A stretch of 64,000 bases of DNA from Amoebophrya sp. A120. Lineage: Eukaryota; Protista; Dinoflagellata. The position numbers were made by a program, and so were the translations under genes. The stretch covers positions 1,116,881-1,180,880 of the forward strand of contig CAJINV010000004.1 in assembly GCA_905178155.1 (NCBI GenBank). Reading direction: 5' to 3'. Below the pieces are notes generated by a model. That model made no database searches and was not told where the DNA came from. It was given only the letters and a program-made list of their open reading frames with translations. Shown here piece by piece: positions 12,205 to 25,707 of the stretch (the stretch's first letter is position 1; every line of letters starts with the position of its first letter).

Positions 12205-12988
12205 TTACTCACCCGGAGAGACGATGGCTAAGTCGCAGCCATCGACATCGTTTAACATTTCGCAGACCATCGGCGCACCAAAACGTTCTCTGGTCGGAAA
12301 ACAGCATCGGCTACTTTCCTCATCGGAAAATTGTATCCCACCGGCTTCGAGGCGGCACTTGCCGTAACCCGCGGTCTCCATTTGTATCCACTTGCAGCGG
12401 GGTTCAATTTTAAAGCGCAGCTGTCTGGAATCGGATGCGGATTTCAGTGTTTGCAAAGCAGCCGCAGCAGTGGTCGCATCTGTTTAAATCATGATAGTTG
12501 CATAGGAGCATTATTTGAAATCGATGAAAGCACGGGGAGAGAACTGAGAAAGTCGCCATTAATGAATACTCCATAAAAGCACACTCTGCGAATTAAGGAA
12601 GTGGTACCTCCCTCCCCTTCAGCGGTGGTCACGTCGGTTCCTTCCGTCTCCCCCTCCGGGGTCAGGGTGAAGCCACCCCCCCCCGTTCCCTTCGACTGGT
12701 CGTACGCGGACGCGCCCAGGATGTTGTTGATCCCGGCACTGTATCCTGTGCAAAAGTATCGTACTCGTAGTAATCGCAGTCACGCACTACAAATCTCCAT
12801 CCCAAGGCAAAACAGCATGACAAATTCCATTATTGTCATGCTGAGCTAATTTGTATTGCAATTACTTACTACTAGTACGATAGTTTTGCAGTTCATACAC
12901 TGGCGGCCAGGGCTCCCACGACCCCGCGCTTCACGATGCCATAGCCCGAGGCGGATTTCTTCTCAGACTTGTTCTGGTTACCAGACAT
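12205..12988 (-). CDS. Hypothetical protein (downstream exons uncertain)
   Basis: MSGNQNKSEKKSASGYGIVKRGVVGALAAS|AGINNILGASAYDQSKG... open across an introner, then a GT donor at ~12607. Confidence 0.5.
12742..12897. mobile_element. Introner, family F
   Basis: TIR tatcctgtgcaaaagtatcgtact / agtacgatagttttgcagttcata; TSD cactg. Confidence 0.9.
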
Positions 12989-13786
12989 CTTTTCTTGGAA
13001 GAAAACTGCTTTTAGTTCTGTGCTTTACGCGGTTCGTTGCAGATGGGTCGAGTTCTGTACTTAATCTCTATAATTGCAGTAGCGGAGAATCAAAATCTTT
13101 GGCATCAGTGGATTTGCCGTGTATGAAAAGTGGCGGCGGCAAAAAGGTGGAAGTGCGACAATATTATGGTGGGGTCACGTGGAAATCGAAATTCGTTGAT
13201 GCGACTTCGGGGTCCAGAAGTTCTCTCAAGGTCAACCCTCAGCTTACTTATTTATATTTTTGGCCTATCAAAAAGCTATGTATAAGCACACGACCCTTCG
13301 CCTTTTTCCTTCCACAACTCACGCTCTGCTGCCCCACGCATTGCTGACGATGTGTTTTCCCTATTTTTTTTCTTAGCTACTTAACGACTGTGCTGAAGAT
13401 GAAATTTGTTTCCCCTTCTCTAAACCGGTTGCGCATATACAGTATTTGCAGGCAGGACCTACCGACGAGTACGAACGCAACACCACGAAGGGAACTTGTT
13501 GCGTGTTGACAAGAGTGCTCTACTCCCTTCCGTTTTTTTCTACGAAGACCAAGACGAAGACGAACAACACACAATCTCCTCGCGGTAAAATCAGCAATGA
13601 GTGCTGTCGCTTTGTCTGTGGTGCCTCAGTTACGATAACTAAAGCACAGTCCTTATCAGTCATTGTCCGTGTCACTCACCGACTTCAGGCTGTATACGAT
13701 AGAGATTATTGCTGCGCAACTACGGTCGGTTTGTCATTCGTTATTGTTTGCTCTTTATTCCGACTAAATGTAAATACTTAGTCACA

Positions 13787-16700
13787 CTATCCAGCTTCTG
13801 TTTCTTCTCCAACCGATGATGCAAAAGCAGTTGCGTCTCCGTCTGCAGCAAGAGCGACGTCTTTCATCTTCTTTGCATCTTTTCTCCTGCTTTCCTGCTC
13901 CATTTTTAACTTCCCCTCTTGCTCCGCCACCACTCCGGCCTCGTCCATTGCTATATCACACAGAAAAAAAACTAGCACAGCAAATTTGTAATGCAAAAAT
14001 AGGCTACAGAAAAATGAATATCTGCCATGGGCGGGCGGGCCAGTAGCATGGCATTCGTGTAACAGAGTGTATCTGTAGCATATACAAATTTGATGACATG
14101 CTGGCTTTTTTCTCTGGGATACGCTACCCTTGTTGCCAGCAGTTGATCCAGCAAAACCCGCTATGGAAGAAAAAAAGTGAGGCTGGTAGTGCGCATTTCT
14201 ATTGCGCGGTTGTATGCTGGTGTATACTACCTGACAGCTCGTTCTACTCTTGGTCTTGCAACTACGCTGCAGACGCATCGTAAAGGTAACTGCACGACGA
14301 TGTGTGATGTCACTTGGTAGCTGTGCATGCAGCAAGGTTTTTCTTCTTTTCGTCATGCAGACGAACTATAGTAGTATGGAATCGGATTCCTCTACTGCTG
14401 CGAGGAAAGGAAAAACTGCCACGAATACTACACAGCCCACTTTTTTCACTTTGCCTACCCGTTCCATCTGCATTTGCCCTGGCATTTCCGCTAAATGCTC
14501 CCTTCTTTCTAGAGATTCGTTGAGCATCTTGATCTTTTCATCCAACATCTGTTTCTTTTCGCTTACCGAGAAATTCTCGTACTCCATCTCCGCGCGGGCA
14601 CGGTGGTGGTCTTTTAGCTGATGATGCCCATCATGCTCTTGCTCGGTGGAATTCAACACCCCCGATGTTGAAGCAGATACTGGTTGCTCCTCCTTTCGGT
14701 AGTTCATCTTCTTCCTAGCCATAAACGTCATGGACGCAGTTGAAGACGTGGCGGAACTCATTCCTGGAAAAATTTCCGGCACCGCGAACGCTTCCAACCG
14801 GTCGGCGTCTTGTTTGGTAAAGTGGTCTTCGGGAAGCACCTCGTAACTCTGTTCCTGGATTTCACGGAACAGGTTTTTCTTCTCCGGAATGCGGCGGGAC
14901 TTCTGCCGTGGGAACTCAGTGGCCTGGCCGACCTGCCGCATCAAGTGCGGAACAGACACGTCCCGGTCGAACAGTTGCTCGTTGGTTTCTTCTATCCTGT
15001 GCAAAAGTTGTACTTATCGCACTCGTATATTGAAATTGCTGCAGTCACGCACGACAAATGCAAATCCACCTTATCTTCCAGCATGACAAATTGCATTTTT
15101 CCTCTCGTGAAATTCGAATTGAAATTTGCGCTAGTGCGATTATACTTTTGCAAGGCATATCTTCCTGGTTCACCAAGTGTTGGAAGTCCGGGCGGGGCTG
15201 GATGGCAAAGCTCGTCGACGCTTTTGGCAGCGGATTCGCCGGCTGCCCGAGATGTTGCGTACTTATCAGATCAGTTTTTGATTTTGATAAAGCTGCTCTA
15301 TTATCTCCCAAGGCAGAACTTTTACTTCTGTTCTTCCCACTACTTGGCGTAGAAGTCGTAGAATTATTGCGCGTCGCCAGGTCATCTCCCTGGTCCTCGG
15401 CGTGGCCTTCCTCATCTTTTTCCCCCTCTGCGACGTTGTTCTCGTTCATTCGCGCGAAGGAGGGACTACAGCCACGAAGATCATAATTCCCCCGTCGTGG
15501 TCGTGGTCGTCCCCCAGCGCCCGGCTATCAAAAGGAAAAATCCCCCCTCCCCATATCGAAAACGCATCCGTCTGAAAATTTGTGATGCGCATTTGTGACC
15601 TCAAATCCTGTCTGTCTTGCAAGAAGGCAAATCCAGAAAGCGTTCCGCATTTTTCACCCGGTTTGTGATGCTGTTTGCCTCAGAGCATACACGTTTGTCA
15701 TGCTAGGCGCCTACGTCAAACCTCTCGGCTGAGGCTTGAAATATGCCTGCATTCCTCTACTGCAGGACAAATCTGAGTTGTGTATGGAAATCCAGCATCA
15801 GAAACTTCGTTTCGATATGGGGAGGGGGCATTTTTCCTCATGATACCGGCGTCAGCTTGTCCACCACGTTTTTTTCCGACGCCTGCGCGAGGCGGTCCAC
15901 CCAGGAAAGCCGGCGCAGCTTCAATTTGCTTCGGCGCTGCATCTGAAACATTTGGTTCACCTTGCTGTCCACGCGCAGTCGGTCCTTCAAGATCGCCCTG
16001 CGTTTCCGGTCCTCGCACTGCTTCTTCAGCAATTCTAGCTTGCGCTTGCGCCGTATGCAAGAAAAAAACTATGTAAGTGCAAATCTGTGATGCAGAAAAT
16101 GCAAATCAGTTACACTTGTCATGCTCGACATGCATGATCGGCTCGCTTCCTATGTGTTTTCCCTTCCTATCTGCGCATAACAAGTTTTTCCTGTGATGGC
16201 AGACAAACTTGTGATGCTGTTTTCCCAAAAGACTTACACTAACACAGTTTTTTTCTTGGATACGCCGCTGCCGCCGTTCGCTGTCTTGCAGTTCCTCCTC
16301 CTTTGCCCGCTCGGTTTTGGTCACCTGGCTCAGCTATCAAATACAAAAGTGTCTGGGTCCGGAAACTTGTCATGCTGTTTTTGGATTCGAAAAAAATTTG
16401 TATTGCATGACCGGCCAGGGGGGTCCAGTTTGTGCTACGCAGACCGGGCATTTCTCATGCGGAAGGTGCATCAGGAAGCCCTCGAAAAGTCTCTGATGCT
16501 AGGTCATACATTACAGGCACCATGGGCCATGAGAAATATGCATGACAAATCTTGCTCTCTTCCAGACCCAGACATATTTGCAATCCATATCAGCTTCCGT
16601 AGGTACTGGGCCCGGTAGATCCGCCGGAGCTCTACCATCTGCCGCTCCCAGACGCGGCTCTCCACCGCGTAGGGCGTCGCGCCGGCGACCATCGGGGCGT

Positions 16701-17309
16701 GCAACTGCTCTTGGATCGCCTGGTCGCCCAGTAAAAACTGCAGGCGCCGCTCGAGGACCTAGTTAGAGGGAAGACGGAGAGATTGCTTTGACGATGACTC
16801 CTTTCTCTTTGAATATCCTGATCCAGAAATTCATACCATGCGGACGGGATCGAGAACTAAGCCTCTCCGATGATCCGTGATCACCATCATTATTTATACC
16901 ATACGTCGTCAAGAACCTATTTCTGGTCTTTGCTTGCATCATGGAAGAAACTCCAAGTTGAAAAATCGTCGTTGTCGTACATTCTTTCCTCAACAATTAC
17001 TTCATCAGCCACGTCAGGCACGTGCTCCACGTCCCGCAAAATCGCACTACCAGAAGCAGACGAGCTGCTACTACTTGTAGTAGAAGTTGTAAACTTCGGC
17101 ACCGGGACCTTCCGTGGTGGGGGCAGCTGGCAAAACTGCTTTGCCTTTTCCCGCAACCGGACCCACCGCCGACCCGGGTTCTCGAAGGCGCCGGTCCAAT
17201 CCCGGGGCTTCTCGCGCATGATGGCGCGCTTGATGTAGCCCGGAGGACGCAGAAACCGGGCGGCAAACACCGCACGACGGGAGCAAGCGCTCGCGGAAGA
17301 CATTGTCAA
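13787..17309 (-). CDS. Basic coiled-coil protein, possibly mitochondrial ribosomal mS26-like
   Basis: Frame continuous across 5 introners (WERQMVELRRIYRAQYLRKL|SQVTKTERAKEEE..QRR|KRKLELLKK..LSWVDRL..); Arg/Ser/Ala-rich transit-like N-terminus; the family assignment is only a remembered resemblance. Confidence 0.6.
13954..14121. mobile_element. Introner, family C
   Basis: TIR tatcacacagaaaaaa / ttttttctctgggata; TSD tgcta/cgcta. Confidence 0.85.
14993..15159. mobile_element. Introner, family F
   Basis: TIR tatcctgtgcaaaagt / tacttttgcaaggcata; TSD tcttc. Confidence 0.88.
15526..15845. mobile_element. Introner, family B (opposite orientation to the 2821 and 23802 copies)
   Basis: TIR tatcaaaaggaaaaatcccccctccccatatcg; TSD ccggc. 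Confidence 0.92.
16054..16262. mobile_element. Introner, family G
   Basis: TIR tatgcaagaaaaaaact / agtttttttcttggata; TSD cgccg. Confidence 0.88.
16335..16589. mobile_element. Introner, family A
   Basis: Family-A TIR; TSD tcagc. Confidence 0.92.
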
Positions 17310-18244
17310 TATTACATTTGTTTTTCGACAGGTAGTGCTTGTGATTTGCGGACGATAAACGAGATGGCGCCGCGCGTTCTCAAGTCATCGATCAGAAAAC
17401 GAAAAGAGACAACCAGGCACGTGGGAACAGGTCGTGATCGTGAAAATGAAGAAAAAAAAATGTCAGCAATTCAACGCTAGTGGCAGCGAACCACGACAAT
17501 GAATGGTAGCATCACAACTCTCACGGCGGGAGACGGAGAATTTCCGGATCTCCATCGGTTCCATTAGACCACGAGTAAAACTAGATTTGATCGTAAAAAT
17601 TCTGACGACAAAGGCGGAGCATTTCTGTGGTACTTGTGACCGCGAGGACACTTCGATCATGAGTAGTTGAAGATCTAGAGAACTGCTCCACGGTCTCACA
17701 TCTAGTTCTGGGAACCTCGAGCACAGATCGTGTACACAGTGTCATACGGCTTGCAGAACATCCTCGTCCCCGGCTGTAAAAACCTGCAGGGATGCAGAGC
17801 TCCTCTCGCCTTGCCGCTGAGGGTGGAAGTGGAACATCATTTTTCGTCAAATAAAGATAGCTGTCGACATGTTGACCCAGGAGTAGATTCGGTGACTCGT
17901 CTTCGTCAAATTGGTGTTCGTTCAATAAAAACCCCCTTACCACCAGATCCAGAACATCAGTGTCAAACTTTTATAGTAAGCAGACATCGCAACTTGTTCA
18001 ACATGATCGTCGTCGCAGATTGGTAAGTATCGTTATCTACGTTAAGAATATTAGGTCGCTAGCCGTGCGTGGTCGTTGTGCATCAAATCGACACGCGCCC
18101 TCGTGGAAAGATGAAGACAGAACAACGGGCTAAGTACTTATCCTCTAGGTAAGATTATCCCCTCTGACGTCGCGAAAGGTTGTACAACCACGAGAATTTT
18201 AAAAGCCGTAGCGATAAGAGAAGAAGTATAGTACTCCTTACTTC

Positions 18245-18793
18245 TTATGCCCCAGACATCTGTTGCTGCATCTTCATGAGCAACCCCGTCGCCTCCTCGA
18301 AGACCTGCTGCTTCTTCTTGAGCATCTGCGCCACCTGGGCCATGTTGGCCTGCACCATCTCCACCTTGTTGTCCAGAAACTTGGTCGCGCCCTCCACGTT
18401 CTTCTGGCAGTAGTACCCCGTACCAACGTCCACCAGCACCTCGTCCGGCTTGGACACGAACCCGTCCATGTACACCGAATTGTTCAGCGGCACCAGCACC
18501 CGCTTCTGGGTCGCCTGCTCCTTCTCCGAGTGCGACCGCAGGTGGGCCAGGGACTCGGCGGACGAGCGAAACCGCTCCGAGGCCACGTTGAAGGACTTGA
18601 TAGTGGTATTCATCTGGTTGATTTCCACCTGCAGCTGCTGCGCCAGCTGCTTCAGCTGCTCAAAGTTCAGCGACTGCAGCGGGATCTCCTGCCCCCCGAT
18701 GCCGATCTTGGTCTCCTCCTCGTTTTCCTGCTCGGTCTCCTCGTTTTCGCGCTCCACTGCGCTGGAAGAAGCCTCCGGTTTGGTGTCGCTCAT
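18245..18793 (-). CDS. PFDN5: Prefoldin subunit 5 (alpha type), intronless
   Basis: VLVPLNNSVYMDG...EVLVDVGTGYY...GATKFL beta-hairpin motif flanked by coiled coils. Confidence 0.92.
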   Translation of the reverse strand: MSDTKPEASSSAVERENEETEQENEEETKIGIGGQEIPLQSLNFEQLKQLAQQLQVEINQMNTTIKSFNVASERFRSSAESLAHLRSHSEKEQATQKRVLVPLNNSVYMDGFVSKPDEVLVDVGTGYYCQKNVEGATKFLDNKVEMVQANMAQVAQMLKKKQQVFEEATGLLMKMQQQMSGA

Positions 18794-19699
18794 TTTATTA
18801 TTTTTCTCGGGAACGAAAATTTGATGTCGTGCGGTCGCTGTATAATTATCCTTGCGATGTCGTTGAGAGCACTAACGGCTTTCTACTTCTCTAAACTTTT
18901 TCCCAAAAGGAAAAAGAAGTTCCATCAAAATTCTAAAGCCGCACTTTGGTTAAATTGCGAAAGAACTGGTGCGGAGAGCTGAACCTGCTGAAACTGCTCC
19001 AATAGAATATTCCTGTTCATGAAAAAGTCTCTTAGTGAACAAGCCTCATCATTCTCACTACGAAGTCGCTGTCCCTGCGGCTGGCTCGGCATTCAATTTG
19101 GATTTAAGGAATTATGACGCTCAGGATTTCTTAGCATGATAGATAGGTTTTAGCTTGTTCTACATTGATTTTTTTCCATTTAGAAAACATCAAGCGCAGG
19201 AGCATCTATCTTCATCTGGGACAAAGATTTATCGGTCTGCAGGATCTTATTTCTTGCATGTTGTTCGACGTGGTATCATTCCATAACTCTAGTGGTGAAG
19301 CAGGATGAAGACTACAACAATTTAAGCAATTCAAAGAGCGCGTTTATTTCATGATTTGGCCGCAAGGAACAAGTAGAGCGGATCAACATCGACTCTGATG
19401 GAGGAGCCCAGAAAAAATTTCAGGTGAACACCAGCACGCTAGTCAACCTCAAGGCGGAGGTGGGCCACTTGTTCCGGGTCGCGGTCCTTTTCCGCTATGT
19501 TCTTCATCTCCACGCGTTGGCTTCACTGAAGTAGATTGCCAAGAACTTCTCTACACGTCGGCGATATTAGCTTTGTTATCGCACGATACAATTTTCGAAA
19601 AAAAACCACCTGCACACCACGACACAATGCTGCAGCTCCTAGATGAAACAACTTCGAGGGCCGTCGTCATTAAAAACTATTCCCAGCACGACAACCTTG

Positions 19700-20460
19700 T
19701 CACCGGGCGACGAAAGCGTGGTCTTCCTTGCCTTCTCTTCTCCAGCCGCCGCATTTCGTGCACACGAAGATGAGAGCCATTGCGTCGGCTACAATCGTCT
19801 CCGGTAAGCGGTAGAAAACCGCTTCTGTCCCGTTGCAGAACTCGCACACGTAGTTGTAACTGATTTTTTTTTGGTGATTTTTTGTATTTCATGGAAAAGG
19901 AAATGGATCTTCCGGATGGTGTCAATTATTTAAGTACTTATGTTGTCTTTCAACAATCGAAAGAGTATATGAAGATTGAGATTCCTTCGGTCTGTCATGC
20001 GAATTAATGCGCGCGCCTGCTTATTTGCAAAATGGAAACATCAAGCACAACAACGTCGAAGAAGTAAACCAATCTGTACTTTCTGGCCAAACTTGGGTCG
20101 TCCACTACGCCCTCCGGCACCACAATGTCTTCTTTTGCGATAAACGTGATGTCTCGCCTGTGCACGCATTGTTCTTCGGTTTTCTGCAGGTTCGCGTTTC
20201 GCGCATATGTGCAGTTGCGGCAGCGGTAGCTGTGATAGTGATAGTGATTGAGTCGCAAAATAAATTGAAATCTCATATTTGTACAGTATGTCTTCATGTT
20301 TATTGATGCAGTTATGCAATCACAGTATTGGTAAGAGAGAAAAACCATTGTTATTTTATAGATCATACACGAGTTTTCTCTGGTGCTTGTCTTCGTTGGG
20401 CTGCAGGAGATTGTTGCACTCTGGGCAGAACAGGAACACTGATCGGTATTTGTCCGCCAT
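19700..20460 (-). CDS. RPB9: RNA polymerase II subunit RPB9 (3 exons)
   Basis: MADKYRSVFLFCPECNNLL..KL|VYRCRNC..DDPSLARK|..CEFCNGTEAVFY..MALIFVCTKCG: two Zn ribbons; first intron is canonical GT-AG. Confidence 0.88.
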
Positions 20461-20979
20461 CTTGTTACAGCTGTAGCTTTACTGCTGGTCTGGTCGCTTG
20501 TCGTACGGTCGATCAAGGTCGCCAAAGACTTGCAGGTCGAAGAGGTCGCTCTGGGAACTGGGTGGGCAGGTCCCTGTCGGATGAATATACCTGCTCCTTT
20601 GCAGCTATTGCGCCATCTACAAGAACTCCTGTAGCAGGGGCGCGAGCGCAATACGAATCAACATCACTTTGCCTTTAGTCTATACCTGCTTAAATCTAGA
20701 TGAAAGGAATGATAGCATACTAGGGTCCTTATGTGGTCGCAATTTTTCGGAAAAATCTACTTAGCTCTGGTTATTCCGGAGTCGCTATCAATCGTTTCGC
20801 TGTTGAAATCTCTGATGAAATGTGAATGTGCTCCCTCTTACTTACCTCCGGAACCTTTGTTATACGTGAATTCATTCAATTCATGATCAGTTTCCTTCCC
20901 TTGTTCTCACAGTCAGCCGCGACATGAACGGCCAGAGTTTTCGGCGGGTACAGCAAGAGCACTAGAACTGGCCAACACG

Positions 20980-22009
20980 AACTGAACTGCGCGACATCTC
21001 AAGTTTCGCAGACTTACGTACCATGCGCGACATCTCGAATTTCGCAGACTTACGTACCATGCGCGACATCTCGAATTTCGCAGACTTACGTACCATCATT
21101 TCGCCGGCGAACAATGTCAGAGTTCGTCCGGGGTGGCCGCCATTTCTGGCCATTCCCGTGGATTTGTAACCCGACCTGAGTACCCCGGTTTTCGGCCAAA
21201 AAACGGCCTTGCTGAAAGTGGGATTTTTTTGTTGGCCCTTGCCTAGGGGGGGTGGCCCCAAGGGTACCTGTTTACCTTGATTTCTGGCCCATTTGGGCCT
21301 CAGCTTTTTCCCGGTTTTGGCCCCTCTCCCAGACCCCTCCCCCTGTCCATTCCCGTGAATTTGTACTAGAGCAGAAGCAGCCGCACATTACAAAAGCAAA
21401 ACCCAGTCTGAATGTACCGGAATTGGGTCCCAAAGCTATGTCGTGTTCTGGGCGTTCCCTCATAAGGCCCTCGCAGAGCTTCGGTGTTGTGGGGTCGCCC
21501 ATCGCGATCGCCAGCAGCCGAAGCCGGGCGGCCTCGATCCGGCCCAAATAGGGCCCACCATCCCCCGGGCCCTTTTGCGCCAATTCGGAAAAGAAAAAAA
21601 ACGGGACGGCCAAGTCTTTGGGGCCTCTCAGCCCTTTTGCCGCCGCTGCCTCGGGCGGGTTCGTGTTTGACAGAAAAGCGGGCGCCCGACTTCCGGCACG
21701 AACGCGGAGGCAAAAATTGGGGCGCGCAAATATGGGCGACGATGCGCCGATCTTGCGGAGGGTGGGTGGTTGCGCTTTGCTGGAACTCAGCAGACAGAAG
21801 CGCCGCCGATAGGAGATCGCGCCGGGCCATCGGACCGGTGGGCCCGGCCATCCCTGTGCCACTAGATTTCAGAAGGGAGCCGCCTTTGCAACATACAAAA
21901 ATTTTGAATTTTTCCCCTTTCCCGTGTTTTTCACCTTGGTAAACTGAACTGCGCGACATCTCAAGTTTCGCAGACTTACGTACCATTATTTCGCCGGCGA
22001 ACAATGTCA
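20980..22009. repeat. ~68-bp direct repeats flanking an 822-bp GC-rich insert; the left copy has a 36-bp unit triplicated
   Basis: aactgaactgcgcgacatctcaagtttcgcagacttacgtaccat..tttcgccggcgaacaatgtca at 20980-21119 and 21942-22009. Confidence 0.85.
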
Positions 22010-22494
22010 ACAGTCGAAGATCGTGTAGCTTCTGTCCTGCACTACTGCCTTTTTACAATGCGAGCAGCGAGCATCTGCATCTGTGCGATAAATATTAAAT
22101 GCGCAAATTTATTCCACCACACTGACATTATCGGAGTGAACGGGTTTATTGAAAGCGATCTTTGTCAACATCAAGTGAATGAAATTTTGAAATATATCGG
22201 GTCTTTGTTTGATTTTTCGTCTTGTTTTCAGGAATTCGATCACACGGCGGCTTCCGCACATCACCCGCAGAGCAGGTAGAAGTGATGCGAAGACGCAGGA
22301 GCTCCTCCTCGTTCTATACAGACAGAAATCGAAATGCTATATACTTGATGTTCATTTCCATCACACACGGTACTCTGGGTATCACTTCTACAATCAGATC
22401 TCATGTTGATTTCTATTTTTTGGCGCTACGACTTGATCGAACGATGAGAAATTTCCGCACCCACCAGCACGGCGGCAAGAGCAACATCTTCCTA

Positions 22495-25400
22495 TTACAG
22501 GTCCTCCTCGTCGACTTTCATAGTACTTCTTTTCACAACTTCCGATGAAGCAGACAGGGTCTTATTAAAGAGCGTTGCTGGGTCACTTCTGTTTTGTTTC
22601 ATTTCTACTACTTGATCCACAGCCTGCTTCTCACTTTTGCCTTGTTCATTCCTTCTCGGACTCCGGCTCCGAGACTTGGTTCGGTAAACAAACACTTCCT
22701 TTTTCAGATTGTAATCACGCAACAGATAGGTACTGGCGTCATCTTCCGAAACAGAAGTTGTACGACCTTGTTGCGGTTGTATCCTCGCGGGCATAGGTTT
22801 GGGTAGTTGTACTAGAGAAGATGTTGTTTTTCTTGAAGAAAAAGCCGCATTTTCTTTTTCGTTTTCGTCCACCGTTCTTGCACCACTCTTCGGACCTGTA
22901 CCGTGTGGCGACGAAGGTGCTCCACCGGGGTTGTAGACCACTGTTGCAACCACCCTTTCTTGCGCTCCTGCTTCTCTTTCGCTGCTCCTTTTCTTTTCCC
23001 TCTCTGTCTTTTCCTTCTCCAGTTCTTTCTCCCGCTCCAGAAAAAACGGATTTTGGTTCAAGTCGGCCCCGTCAGGGATTTGCGGTGGCTGGAGCATATC
23101 AACTGCAAATATGTCTGGGTCTGGAGAGCTGCAAGGTTTGCCATGCTTGGCTACCATGACTCTCAAGTCTGTCATGCGCGTTCTTACCCAAAAGCCCCAT
23201 CCTTCTGTCATGCAGAAGCTCACTTTGTCTTTGTCATGCAGAAACAAAATAGAACAAAACACTGTAGCGCCTCCAAAACTTGTCATGCTTGGCAGTCAAT
23301 TCAGCCGTCGTCGTCTTTGTTCTCCATCCGCATCACAAGTTTCCAGACCCAGACAAATTTGCAATGCATAGAACACACTCATGGTCCATTTGTTCACGCG
23401 GTTGTTCACCTTCCAACAGTCCTCTAAATGTCGCTTCAGCTCCGGCATGGTCAGCGCTGCGAACTGATCAAGTGCAAAAATGTCTGGGCCTGGAAGATTC
23501 TGAGACTTGTCACGCACGGTTTGCATGAGCCATCATGATGTCTGTGATGCATGCCCTAGCGTCACAGGTTTTTTGAGGGATTCTTGATGCCTATTCCGCA
23601 TGACAAATGCCCTCTACGCGTAGCAAAAATCAGAAGTCTTTTGTTGCTCATGCAACGCAAATTTTTTAGACATCCAAATGCAACATCACAAGTTGCATTC
23701 TTCCAGACCCAGACATTTTTGCATTTGATAGAACTGCCCGCAGACGCAGTGCAGGTGCTTTCGCCGAAGATTTGCTTCGAAAGAAACGCAGCACTCCTGG
23801 ATATCGAAAGGAAAAATCCCCCCTCCCCATATCAAAACGGAATCTCTGATGCTGGATTTGCGTACACAAGTCAGCTTTGTATTGCAGGAAGGCACTGCGG
23901 CCAGATCCCCGCGCTAGGTAGGGGCGTATGGGTCTAGTTGTTCAGCATGGCAAACGGCTCCCCTGTAGGCCCCAGAGCATGACTAATCGCTTCCATAATG
24001 GGGCGGAAGCTTCTGCCCTTGTCTTCCTGCAAGACAAATGTGGTCTGTGCCCTCAAATCAGCAATACAAATTTTCGAAAACATACCTTTTCAATATGGGG
24101 AGGGGGAGTTTTCCCTTTCAATACTGGATGTACCCCTCGAGAGTGGAAAACGCGACGTTGCGGCCCTGCAGGATTTCCAGCACCTTCTATGACAGTGCAC
24201 AACTCCCCTCCCTCTCATTTGTATAGCGTAAACGGCAATACAAGCATCAGCAAAAGTGCCGGCCTTGCATGACAAATTTGCACTGGAGTGTAGTGCTATT
24301 TGGGCTACCAGAACTTGTCATGCAAACAGTGCCAAGAGGCACAGCCTGGATTTGGGATTTTGCATGACAAATGAGGGGGATGCTGGGGAGTTGTGCACTC
24401 TCATACCTTCCAAATTGGAATCAGAAAGGGAGCTTGGAAGGAAAACCAGTGCTTGCGGTTTTTCAAATTCGCCGAGACAAAATCCGTGGAGATAATGTGA
24501 CAGTGAAGTTGCTGCAGCGACGGCTTCGCGTGGACGCCGTGCTTGTAGTGGGTGACTTCGTCTATGCTCCGAAAAAAAGTTGTCTCCTTTCATCTGCATA
24601 AGAATTGCACAGTGTTTACCTCTACGAACAATACTGCATGGCAAAGCTGTCATTAGGCTGACCCTGAGGATCAGCGTCAGCCTAATCCTAAAAAATTGGC
24701 ATTACAACACGCGTCCACTACTTAAATCATATATACTCAATTGCCAAATTCGAATTCCGGCGCAATTCCTACTCGTGCAAAGACGGACTTTTTCCATGCG
24801 TACCCTTCACGATGGACTTAGTGTTATTCCCTTCTGCTTTTTCTCGTTTCGTGGGAAACAGCCGGCGCAGGATTCGTTGGATGCGCGCAATGTACTGCTG
24901 CAGTCGCAGATAGAAGTCGATGTTCTTTTCGGTATTGGTTGCAGCTTCGGTGTGTTGAGACGCGGCTCTTACAGTGCTCTCCAGGTCGCTGGTGGGGCCA
25001 CCTCCCTGCTTTTTTGCATTTGTGGTACAACTGTCGCTCTTGGTCTGGGAACTAGAGCTAGACGAGTTCATTTTATTGCTGTGACCGAGTAGTTCCGTCT
25101 TGGTGGCCACCGTGGAGATAATTTTAAGTTTTTCCAGTGCTTCTTCGGCTCCTTTATCAGCCCACTGTTCAGCTGCACCGTTCTTTTCCTGATCCTGCAC
25201 ACCACCCACATCTTCTTTTCGCGCAGATGAACTTGAACTTTTTGTCCTCGTCGGGGTTAACATTAGCTCCCGCACTTGCTTTGGCAGTACCAGGAGATGC
25301 ACCTTCGCTTTCGGATACCCGTCGTAAATCGTGACAAACTCCTCGCTTTCGTGAAAAACAAACACCTTGTATTTCTCCTCCTCGTAGAGCTTTTTCTGCA

Positions 25401-25707
25401 CAAAAGTCTTCAAATACAGCGAGAAATGGCTCGCGGGCCAGGTAAACTTGCCGCTCTTCGGCGGGTTCCAGAGGATAAAACGGTCCTGCTGGTCCTCGTG
25501 GTGCGCTTGTAAATTGGTGTTCATTTTTGCGAGGATCTTCACAGGCTGCTGCTCTACTTGGCCCTCCGAGCTGCGGTTGTAGTTCTGGACTGGCTGGAAG
25601 TCAACCTGGTTCTTCGTCCCTTGGACGACTGAGCGTGGCGGTATTAAAGCGGCATTTGGCTCTTCTAGTTCCCCGGCTGGGCAAGAACTTCGGCCTGCCG
25701 AGGACAT
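22495..25707 (-). CDS. APTX: Aprataxin (HIT domain + C-terminal zinc finger)
   Basis: YDGYPKAKVHLLVLPK; HGVHAKPSLQQLHCHIISTDF (HIT); LKNRKHWFSF; LHCVCGQF..MPELKRHLEDC after removing 4 introners. Confidence 0.88.
23097..23370. mobile_element. Introner, family A
   Basis: Family-A TIR; TSD gagca/gaaca. Confidence 0.9.
23466..23730. mobile_element. Introner, family A
   Basis: Family-A TIR (left terminus mutated to gatc); TSD gaact. Confidence 0.9.
23802..24123. mobile_element. Introner, family B
   Basis: Family-B TIR; TSD ctgga. Confidence 0.92.
24188..24405. mobile_element. Introner, family D
   Basis: TIR tatgacagtgcacaactcccc / ggggagttgtgcactctcata; TSD ccttc. Confidence 0.92.

Noticed and set aside
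18263-18982. Long plus-strand ORFs (also 29521-30420, 55277-55903, 32302-33000)
   Set aside because: Antisense shadows of GC3-rich minus-strand genes
21272-22010. Overlapping 150-214-aa ORFs
   Set aside because: Open on both strands because of high GC; no domain recognisable
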